Shown: piece by piece, positions 31,025 through 38,526 of the stretch | How the letters are laid out: the number at the start of each line of letters is the position of its first letter | Position numbering within the stretch: the stretch's first letter is position 1 | DNA from: an uncultured Bacilli bacterium | GTDB lineage: Bacteria; Bacillota_I; Bacilli_A; RF39; UBA660 | Direction of reading: 5' to 3' | NCBI GenBank assembly: GCA_944332635.1 | Contig: CALVKI010000010.1 | Span: 21,579 to 85,578, forward strand | DNA: 64,000 nucleotides | Notes under the pieces: model-generated | Seen by the model: the letters and a program-made list of their open reading frames with translations, nothing else | The model's database searches: none | Told to the model about the DNA's origin: nothing | Translations under genes and position numbers: made by a program

Positions 31025-31669
31025 ATGAGAAGAATAAAATTGAAACCATATGTCTTACCTACTCTAATGATTGTAGCAATTGTCAGTGTAATGTTTGGAA
31101 CTGCAATAATAAGAACTAATTTAAAAAAGAATAATACAGAAGATGAATTAACAAGTTATGTAACAAGCACAGTTTTAGAAGAAAAAGAACCAGTAATAAA
31201 AGAAAGTACAATGATTGTTAATCCTTACACAGATACAACCGTTAGCATAGGGAAAAATTACTATGATTATAAAGCAGATTCTGCTACTCAAGAAAAGTCA
31301 ATTATATATCATGATAATACATATATGCAAAACTCTGGTACTGATTTTATAGGAGAAAAAACTTTTGATATTGTATCAGTGTTAGATGGCAGTGTTACAG
31401 ATGTTAAAGAAGATGAAACTTTAGGAAAAGTAGTAGAAATAAAACATGATAATGGATACGTTAGTATTTATCAGAGTTTATCTGAGGTGAATGTAAAAAA
31501 AGGAGATATGGTAACACAAGGGCAAGTAATAGGAAAAAGTGGTACCAATGAATTAGACAAAGATATGGGAAATCACTTGCACTTTGAATTATATATAAAT
31601 GGTAAAGTAGTAGATCCAATTCTTTACTTAAATAAAGAATTACAAACTTCTGAAAATAAAGAGCAATAG
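31025..31669 (+). CDS. Membrane-anchored M23 (LytM) peptidase, possibly SpoIIQ-like
   Basis: Has an N-terminal TM helix and the motifs KHDNGYVSIYQSL and HLHFEL. An RBS GAGGTGA precedes the ATG at 31025. It lies immediately upstream of mbl/mreB. Confidence 0.75.
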   Translation: MRRIKLKPYVLPTLMIVAIVSVMFGTAIIRTNLKKNNTEDELTSYVTSTVLEEKEPVIKESTMIVNPYTDTTVSIGKNYYDYKADSATQEKSIIYHDNTYMQNSGTDFIGEKTFDIVSVLDGSVTDVKEDETLGKVVEIKHDNGYVSIYQSLSEVNVKKGDMVTQGQVIGKSGTNELDKDMGNHLHFELYINGKVVDPILYLNKELQTSENKEQ

Positions 31670-31767
31670 ACTCTTTTTTTTTTTTTATTTAAAAAATATG
31701 AATATATTCTATTATAAAATTGAAATTTTATGATAAAATATTAATGACAGAAAAGGAAGTGACATAT

Positions 31768-32763
31768 ATGTGGTCTAAAGATATTGGAATCGACTTAGGA
31801 ACAGCAAATGTTTTAATATATGTTAAAGGGCAAGGAATAGTATTAAATGAACCAAGTATAGTTGCAATAGATACTGATTCCAAAAGTGTTATTGCAGTAG
31901 GAACGGAAGCAAACGAAATGTTAGGAAGGACGCCTGGAAAAGTTAAAGCAATTAAACCAATGAAAGATGGTGTTATTGCAGATTTTGAAATTACAGAGAT
32001 TATGTTAAATGCATTTATCAAAAAAATTAAAGCCAAGAAACTATTTTCTAGACCTAGAATTTTAATATGCTGCCCAACCAATATTACTCCAGTAGAAAAA
32101 AATGCTATCAAAGAGGCTGCTGAAAGAACAGGAGCAAGAAAAGTATATATTGAAGAAGAACCAAAAGTTGCTGCTATTGGGGCTGGAATGGATATTTCTA
32201 AACCAACAGCAAATATGGTGATAGATATCGGTGGAGGAACAACAGATATTGCAATTTTATCTTTAAATGATATTGTGTCGTCTACTTCTATAAGGATTGC
32301 TGGAAATGTATTTGATCAAGATCTTATTAAGTATATAAAAGAAAAATATAAATTATTAATTGGTGAAAGAACTGCGGAAGACATAAAAATAGAATTTTCA
32401 AATATATATAATCCAAGTAAAAAAGAAAAACTTGAAGTAAGAGGAAGAAATCTAATTACGGGATTACCAGATACCATAGAAATAACACAGGAAGAAACGA
32501 AACTAGCTTTAGAGGAAAGTATACAAAAAATTGTAAAAGCAACAACTAATGTTTTAGAGCAAACACCACCAGAATTATCCGGTGATATTGTAGAGAAAGG
32601 CATTATTTTAACTGGTGGAGGTGCAATATTACGTGGATTACCGGAAATACTGGAAAAAGAATTACAAGTGCCTATCCTAATTGCAGAATCTCCATTGACT
32701 TGTGTTGCAGAAGGAACAGGAACATTATTAAATAATATTACATTATTAGAAGAAGACCAATAA
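31768..32763 (+). CDS. mreB: Rod-shape determining actin homolog MreB/Mbl
   Basis: Begins MWSKDIGIDLGTANVLIYVKGQGIVLNEPS. The ATG at 31768 has an RBS AAAGGAAGTGA. Confidence 0.9.
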   Translation: MWSKDIGIDLGTANVLIYVKGQGIVLNEPSIVAIDTDSKSVIAVGTEANEMLGRTPGKVKAIKPMKDGVIADFEITEIMLNAFIKKIKAKKLFSRPRILICCPTNITPVEKNAIKEAAERTGARKVYIEEEPKVAAIGAGMDISKPTANMVIDIGGGTTDIAILSLNDIVSSTSIRIAGNVFDQDLIKYIKEKYKLLIGERTAEDIKIEFSNIYNPSKKEKLEVRGRNLITGLPDTIEITQEETKLALEESIQKIVKATTNVLEQTPPELSGDIVEKGIILTGGGAILRGLPEILEKELQVPILIAESPLTCVAEGTGTLLNNITLLEEDQ

Positions 32764-32825
32764 ATTGGTTTTTTTCTTTTCTATTAAAAATAATTTTGAT
32801 ATAATTTTAATAGGAAGTGACAAGA

Positions 32826-33920
32826 ATGAAAGAACAAGTTCTAGATGCAAGTAAAATAGTCTTGATTACATTTTTATTTACTGCAATAATAATGCCGGTG
32901 ATAAAAAATATTGCTATTCATATTGGTGCAATAGATGTCCCACGCCTCGATGAAGGTCATAGACATATCCATAAGAAAGCAACACCAATGCTAGGAGGAG
33001 TAGGAATATTTTTAGGCTTTTTGTTTGGATATATGTTATTTGGAGAACAAAGTATTAGAATGAATTCTATACTAATTGGAAGCTTCATTATTATATTGAC
33101 TGGAATTATTGATGATATAAAGCCTATCAGAGCCTACCAAAAACTGATAGGACACATAGTAGCTGCATGTATCATAGTATTTTATGGACAAATAACATTA
33201 AATAATATAACTGCATTTGGTTTTTCTTTATCCTTTGGCATAATAGCACCATTGATTACAATTTTGTTTATTGTAGCCTGTACTAATATTATAAATTTGA
33301 TAGATGGCGCGGATGGATTAAGTGGTGGAGTATGTTCTATATTTTATCTGACTATAGGTATTATTGGATTCTATCAAGGAAGAGGAGGAAGTTTAGTTAT
33401 GATTTTAACATTTATTATGTTAGGATCTACATTAGGCTTTTTGCTACATAATTTTTATCCTGCCAAAATATTTGCCGGAGATTGTGCAACTTTCATGGGA
33501 TTTATAATATCAATAATAACATTATTAGAATTTAAAGGACCTGCTTTGACATCTTTCTTTGTTCCAATTATGATTTTAGGCATACCCATTTTAGACACAT
33601 TATTTGCTATTATAAGAAGACTTTTGAAAGGGCAACCTCCATTTCAAGCTGACAAAAAACACCTTCATCATCAATTATTAGGCATGAATTTTTCACAAAG
33701 AACTACCGTTCTAATTATCTATGGTATAAATCTATTATTTGCAGCAGCATCAATTCTTTATACAATTAAAGACCCTGTTTTAGGAAAAATAGTCTATATC
33801 ATCATATTTATTATTGTATTATGGTTTGTTTTACATACTACAATAATTTCTGATAAAACACCTACAAGAACAAAGAAAATAGAAGAAAGAATCACTTTCT
33901 TTAAAAGAAAAAAATCCTAA
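32826..33920 (+). CDS. tagO: Undecaprenyl-phosphate GlcNAc-1-phosphate transferase (GT4 MraY/WecA/TagO family)
   Basis: Has the motifs NLIDGADGLSGG and DDIKPI and multiple TM helices. The ATG at 32826 has an RBS AGGAAGTGA. Confidence 0.8.
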   Translation: MKEQVLDASKIVLITFLFTAIIMPVIKNIAIHIGAIDVPRLDEGHRHIHKKATPMLGGVGIFLGFLFGYMLFGEQSIRMNSILIGSFIIILTGIIDDIKPIRAYQKLIGHIVAACIIVFYGQITLNNITAFGFSLSFGIIAPLITILFIVACTNIINLIDGADGLSGGVCSIFYLTIGIIGFYQGRGGSLVMILTFIMLGSTLGFLLHNFYPAKIFAGDCATFMGFIISIITLLEFKGPALTSFFVPIMILGIPILDTLFAIIRRLLKGQPPFQADKKHLHHQLLGMNFSQRTTVLIIYGINLLFAAASILYTIKDPVLGKIVYIIIFIIVLWFVLHTTIISDKTPTRTKKIEERITFFKRKKS

Positions 33921-33923
33921 GAC

Positions 33924-33955
33924 AAAACTGCTAACAAAAGCAGTTTTTCTTTTTA
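33924..33955 (+). terminator. Rho-independent terminator of tagO
   Basis: Stem AAAACTGCT / AGCAGTTTT followed by TCTTTTT. Confidence 0.65.
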
Positions 33956-33992
33956 TAAATACTGGAAAAAATTGGAAAAAAAGGAGATTAAT

Positions 33993-34724
33993 ATGATAAA
34001 TTTTATAATTTGTGAAGATGAACAAGAATTATTGAGAGAATATAAAAATCAAATTGATAAATTTATGATGAAATATGACACTGAATATAAATGCCATACC
34101 TTTACATGTTATGATAAACATTGGGATTATGAAATAAAGAAGATAAAAGGTTTCAAAATATATTTATTAGATATAAAAACTGATACGGGATCTGGAATAA
34201 ATGCAGCGAGAAAAATTAGAGAAGAATATGATGATTGGGTATCAATGATTATAATGATTTCTGGATATGCAGAGTACAAATATGAAGCCTTGGGAAAGAG
34301 ACTAATGCTTGTGGATTTCATTAATAAATTAGATCACTCGGAAAAGAAGCTACAAGATGCCTTATTAATTTGTATTAAAAATTATGATAATAAATATAAT
34401 ACATTAAAATATACATATAGAAATATCGCTTATAATGTAGAATATAGAAGTATTATAAAAATAGAAAAAGAGATGGATAGCAAGAGATGCATAATACATA
34501 CAGAAGAAGACGATTATCCAATTCAAGGGACTTTAAATGATGTGTTAAAAAAATTGGATAAAAGATTTTTTAAATGTAATAGAGCAATCGCTATTAACAT
34601 AGAGCAAGTACAATACTATAATCTTAGTAAAAATGTAGCAGTTCTAAAAAATGGAGAAGAATTTAACGAAATATCAAGAAGTAGAAAAAAGGAGATGTTT
34701 AATCGTGTTAGAGGTGTTTATTAG
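33993..34724 (+). CDS. Two-component response regulator, REC + LytTR DNA-binding domain (AgrA/VirR-like)
   Basis: Begins MINFIICEDE and has the phosphoacceptor in YLLDIKTD. The C-terminal LytTR block is RCIIHTEEDDYPIQGTLNDVLKKLDKRFFKCNRAIAINIEQV. The ATG at 33993 has an RBS AAGGAGA. Confidence 0.85.
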   Translation: MINFIICEDEQELLREYKNQIDKFMMKYDTEYKCHTFTCYDKHWDYEIKKIKGFKIYLLDIKTDTGSGINAARKIREEYDDWVSMIIMISGYAEYKYEALGKRLMLVDFINKLDHSEKKLQDALLICIKNYDNKYNTLKYTYRNIAYNVEYRSIIKIEKEMDSKRCIIHTEEDDYPIQGTLNDVLKKLDKRFFKCNRAIAINIEQVQYYNLSKNVAVLKNGEEFNEISRSRKKEMFNRVRGVY

Positions 34725-36006
34725 AATCTTTTGTGCAATCATTTTAGTGTTGAGTGGAGATTATATAATAAGAATGATTGTAAATCCTTATAAAAAAATT
34801 GAAATATATAAAAAAATTATACTCATATTAGCACTAGTAATATTATTAGTAGTAACATATCAAACTGATTATAAAGGATTAAATTCAGTAATGTTTTTTA
34901 TTTTGGGAATCATAGTTTGTAAATATATTTATCAAATATCTATAGAAGAAAGTACAATAATATTTGCAATTTTAGTATTAATGATAGCATTAAGTGATAT
35001 AGTAACATCGTTGCTTTTTATGTCCAGATTTACTGTAACAGAAATTAGAACCAATGAAATAATATTTTTATTTTCTAATATAACAGTTAATGTTATAACA
35101 ATAATCATAATTAATATTAAGATAATAAGAAATTCTTTAAATAAATTTTATAATACGATTTTACAAAAGAGCTCAATAACAAATATTATATTTTTTATAT
35201 TATTAATAATAGGGTTCAGTTATTTATTATATAATATAGGAATATCTCAATTTTTTAATAAAGATTATATTATAAGTTTTACAGTCTTTATTATATTTAC
35301 AATAATCACATGTATATTCATTGAAAATCAAAATAAATATAAAAAATTAGAAGAAGAGTATGATGTACTTTTTAATTATATTCAAACATTTGAAGAATGG
35401 ATAGAAAAAGAACAACTTAATCGTCACGAATATAAAAATCAACTTGCAGTTTTGCGTTGCTTAGCAAAAGAGAAGAAGGTAAAAGAAAAAATAGATGAAA
35501 TTTTAGAAGATAACATAAATATTGAGGGACAAGCAGTAACGAATTTGAAAAATTTACCAAAAGGAGGGATTAAAGGATTAATGTACTACAAAGCTGCAAT
35601 TGCTCAAAAATTTAAAATTAATTTAACTACAGATGTATGTATTGAAGAAGATGGAATATTAAGTAAATTATCCGAAAAAAATATCAGAATTTTATGTAAA
35701 TTAATTGGAATATATTTTGATAATGCAATAGAGGCTGCTTCTGAAAGTAGAAAGAAAAATCTTACAATAGAGGTATATGAATTTAGAGAAAAAGTAAAGT
35801 TTGTATTTTCTAATACTTTTAAAAAACATAAAAATATGAAAGACAGAAATAAAAAAGGAATTTCATCAAAGGGAACAGGAAGGGGAAATGGATTGTATTT
35901 TGCTTCTAAATTAATTAAAGAAAATAAATGGTTAGAAGAAAAGCAAGAAATAATAGATAATTATTATATTCAAGAAATTATTATAAAAAAAGAACAATCT
36001 TTATAA
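34705..36006 (+). CDS. AgrC/VirS-like sensor histidine kinase (HPK10, HATPase_c_5) with polytopic N-terminal sensor
   Basis: Has 6-7 predicted TM helices, then an H-box NRHEYKNQL, an N-box LIGIYFDNAIEA and a G-box GTGRGNGLYFASKL. A GTG start at 34705 with an RBS GGAGA overlaps the end of the response regulator. Confidence 0.8.
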   Translation: MLEVFIRIFCAIILVLSGDYIIRMIVNPYKKIEIYKKIILILALVILLVVTYQTDYKGLNSVMFFILGIIVCKYIYQISIEESTIIFAILVLMIALSDIVTSLLFMSRFTVTEIRTNEIIFLFSNITVNVITIIIINIKIIRNSLNKFYNTILQKSSITNIIFFILLIIGFSYLLYNIGISQFFNKDYIISFTVFIIFTIITCIFIENQNKYKKLEEEYDVLFNYIQTFEEWIEKEQLNRHEYKNQLAVLRCLAKEKKVKEKIDEILEDNINIEGQAVTNLKNLPKGGIKGLMYYKAAIAQKFKINLTTDVCIEEDGILSKLSEKNIRILCKLIGIYFDNAIEAASESRKKNLTIEVYEFREKVKFVFSNTFKKHKNMKDRNKKGISSKGTGRGNGLYFASKLIKENKWLEEKQEIIDNYYIQEIIIKKEQSL

Positions 36007-36550
36007 AATGTTCAACAGGAGTATATTATAAATATAGTTGGTAAAATATTTACCTCTGTACAAAAATCAAATTTGATAGAATAAATATTTAAAATCAAAT
36101 ATTTGGGAATAAAATGGATATACATAAATTTAAATATTAAAAGCAATAATATTCATATTATATATAATAAACTATATTCCACATTATAAGTGTAAAATAT
36201 TAATAAATTATAGAATTTTATCTTTTATATAATAATTATTACTTTTCCTTATAGTTCGTAAATAGAACTTTCATAATAAAATCTGTAATACTAGTTTTAT
36301 TTGCTAAAATGATTTTAAGTATATAAAATTGTACAATAAGATAAAAAATACATCTTTCATAGTTATGAAAAATCAAAAAGTCCTATTAGTATTATAAAGT
36401 AATAATTAGATATATTAAAAAGGAGTTAAACATGAAACAAATCTCAAAAATATCCATAAAATATTAAATATTATTATGATAATAGAATAAATAGTCAATT
36501 AAATTTGTTTTGGATATATAAAATGTATAACTTTTTTGAGGTTATTTTTA

Positions 36551-36589
36551 ATTAAAACGAACGAAAAAGGGTGATGTAAAATCACCCTT
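36551..36589 (-). terminator. Rho-independent terminator downstream of agrD (minus strand)
   Basis: A perfect 9-bp stem AAGGGTGAT / ATCACCCTT with a 5-nt loop, followed on the minus strand by TTTTTCGTTCGTTTT. Confidence 0.65.
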
Positions 36590-36644
36590 AAATATTGATG
36601 CCTTTATAAAATTATTGCTATCAACACTATTTGTTAACGAATCT

Positions 36645-36767
36645 CTAGTCTTGAAATAAATTGTTACTAGTAGGTTCTTCCATTACAAATAAAATACACC
36701 CTAGACTAGCAGATCCTGTTACTAATATAGCAAGTGCCATCAATATCTGTGATAATCTTTTTTTCAT
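36645..36767 (-). CDS. agrD: AgrD-like autoinducing peptide precursor (40 aa), not in ORF track
   Basis: The product is MKKRLSQILMALAILVTGSASLGCILFVMEEPTSNNLFQD. It has an N-terminal amphipathic helix, a single Cys followed four residues later by the conserved E-E-P motif, and a charged tail. It lies 44 nt downstream of agrB on the same strand, with RBS AAAGGAG. Confidence 0.7.
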   Translation of the reverse strand: MKKRLSQILMALAILVTGSASLGCILFVMEEPTSNNLFQD

Positions 36768-36811
36768 ATTAATTCATACACTCCTTTATAAAAATAATAT
36801 ATTAAACGCCT

Positions 36812-37413
36812 TTAGGCGTTTAACCCTTTGTAATTATTGTATGGTTGTTTAAATAACCAATATGTGATTGGACTAACTATAATAGCTTGAACAATTAATG
36901 CTGATAAAAAAATAGCAGTCCAATATTTATCTTGTAATAAAATAATTAATAATGTATAAATGAAACCAATCATAACGGTAATAATCTTACGAATGATTCT
37001 CTTTCTTTTATTTGAAAGAGGTCTTTTTTTGTATCCGCTGGTGCAAAAAACAAATAATGTAAAATGCAAATTGCACAAATGACACATATAGAAAAATTAG
37101 ATAATTGTATATGTAACAATAAAAATGGTATTACAATAAAGTTAAAAGTAGAAAACAATAAGCACTGATAACTTTTCTCAGCATGAAATCCGAAACCGGT
37201 ATAACGAATGACATTAAAACAAATGATAACCAAAATAAGTTCTCTTAACATATCTAAAATAATTGCAAGAATAATTAATATTACCATTTTTGAAATAGTA
37301 AGATAAAGTCCTTCTAAACCGTATTTTATCCTCTTTTTATCGTAGTCAGAAATGGATTGGTATTTACTAATAAAATTCATGCTACAATCTAAAAATAATC
37401 GTTTCATAAACAA
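36812..37413 (-). pseudogene. agrB: AgrB family AIP-processing membrane peptidase, -1 frameshift in an A7 tract (plus-strand T7 at 37024-37030)
   Basis: The N-terminal frame (37413-36970) contains IRYTGFGFHAEKSYQC and FAPADTKK, matching the AgrB catalytic His/Cys region and the APAATKKKPI motif. The second frame (37087-36812) continues KKRPLSNKRKRIIRKIITVMIGF, like the AgrB C-terminus. A8 would fuse the two into a roughly 198-aa protein. Confidence 0.8.
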
Positions 37414-37653
37414 TCACCATAACCTCTAACAAAACAATTATACAATTAAACAAATATTAGAACAAAAAAATCCATAAATTGTAAAAAAAAATAAATTCTT
37501 TGTCGAATTTTGTCGAAAATTAGGAAAATATTACCAAATAAGTTAATCATATAATCAATTAGAGGAATTTTTATCAAAATAATGATAAAAATTGGTATTA
37601 TTAAAACACCAAGAGGCATGGTATGTAATTGGTAGAAATGAGGTGTAAGCAAG

Positions 37654-37872
37654 ATGGTTGGACGCGTAAAGTGGTTCAATAATGATAAAGGATACGGCTT
37701 TATAGAATACAAAGAAAATGAAGATGTATTTGTTCATTACTCTGCTATAGAGTTAGAGGGTTATAAGACTTTATCAGAAGGACAACTAGTAGAATTTAAA
37801 TTGGTAGAAACAAGCAAAGGATACCAAGCTTTAAATGTAAAATTAGTTAAAGAAGCTGCTACTGTTAAATAG
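37654..37872 (+). CDS. cspA: Cold-shock protein (CspA family)
   Basis: Begins [19 protein letters not shown] and has RNP motifs. An RBS GAGGTG is 8 nt upstream. Confidence 0.9.
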   Translation: MVGRVKWFNNDKGYGFIEYKENEDVFVHYSAIELEGYKTLSEGQLVEFKLVETSKGYQALNVKLVKEAATVK

Positions 37873-37884
37873 TAGTTTTTTTTT
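37858..37884 (+). terminator. Rho-independent terminator of csp
   Basis: Stem GCTACT / AGTAGT overlapping the stop codon, followed by T9. Confidence 0.6.
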
Positions 37885-37923
37885 CTAAATTATGTTATAA
37901 TAAAAATATAAGGAGGTGATAGT

Positions 37924-38454
37924 ATGGAAATTATTATTCATGGGGATAAACTAAAAGTTACTGATGCTATGAAAGAGTATATTGAAGAAAAACTAGAAAA
38001 ATTAAATAAATACTTAGAAAATAGCGAAAGTATTCGCGCATCTGTCATAGTTAAAGTAAAAAATCACGAACAACGAGTAGAAATTACCATACCACTAAAA
38101 GCATATATTTTAAGATCAGAAGAATCTAAAGAAGACTTCTATGCTGCTGTTGATAAAACAGTAGATAAGCTAGAAAGGCAAATAAGGAAAAATAAAACTA
38201 AAATTATGTCAAAACAAGTAAAAACAAATCGTGACTTTTCTATATCTGCATTTGCTGATGAAGAAGATTCGGATGACAAAAAGGTCTTAAAGAGAAAGAA
38301 AGTTGAAGTAAAACCGATGAATGAAGAAGAGGCAATACTTCAAATGGAGCTCTTAGGTCACCAATTCTATATGTATAAAGACAGAGATACAGACCAAGTT
38401 GCAGTTGTATACAAGAGAACAGATGGAAACTATGGCGTAATTGAATCTGAATAA
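37924..38454 (+). CDS. hpf: Ribosome hibernation-promoting factor (long HPF/YvyD)
   Basis: 176 aa with an N-terminal RaiA fold and a C-terminal dimerisation domain. It lies upstream of secA, as in B. subtilis. Confidence 0.85.
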   Translation: MEIIIHGDKLKVTDAMKEYIEEKLEKLNKYLENSESIRASVIVKVKNHEQRVEITIPLKAYILRSEESKEDFYAAVDKTVDKLERQIRKNKTKIMSKQVKTNRDFSISAFADEEDSDDKKVLKRKKVEVKPMNEEEAILQMELLGHQFYMYKDRDTDQVAVVYKRTDGNYGVIESE

Positions 38455-38465
38455 TAAGAAAAAGG

Positions 38466-38497
38466 AAGAATAATCTTTTATTCTTTCTTTTTTTTTG
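38466..38497 (+). terminator. Rho-independent terminator of hpf
   Basis: Stem AAGAATAA / TTATTCTT with loop TCTT, followed by a T-rich run. Confidence 0.6.
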
Positions 38498-38526
38498 ATA
38501 AAATAAATAGTTAAGGAGATGTCAGA

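Noticed and set aside
36751-36779. First ATG upstream of agrD (ATG AAT TAA)
   Set aside because: It gives only a 2-codon ORF. The second ATG, 9 nt downstream, yields the AgrD-like 40-aa product.
37446-37737. Two minus-strand ORFs (88 and 60 aa) across the agrB/cspA divergent promoter region
   Set aside because: They overlap the csp start and promoter and lack an RBS. The translations are low-complexity.
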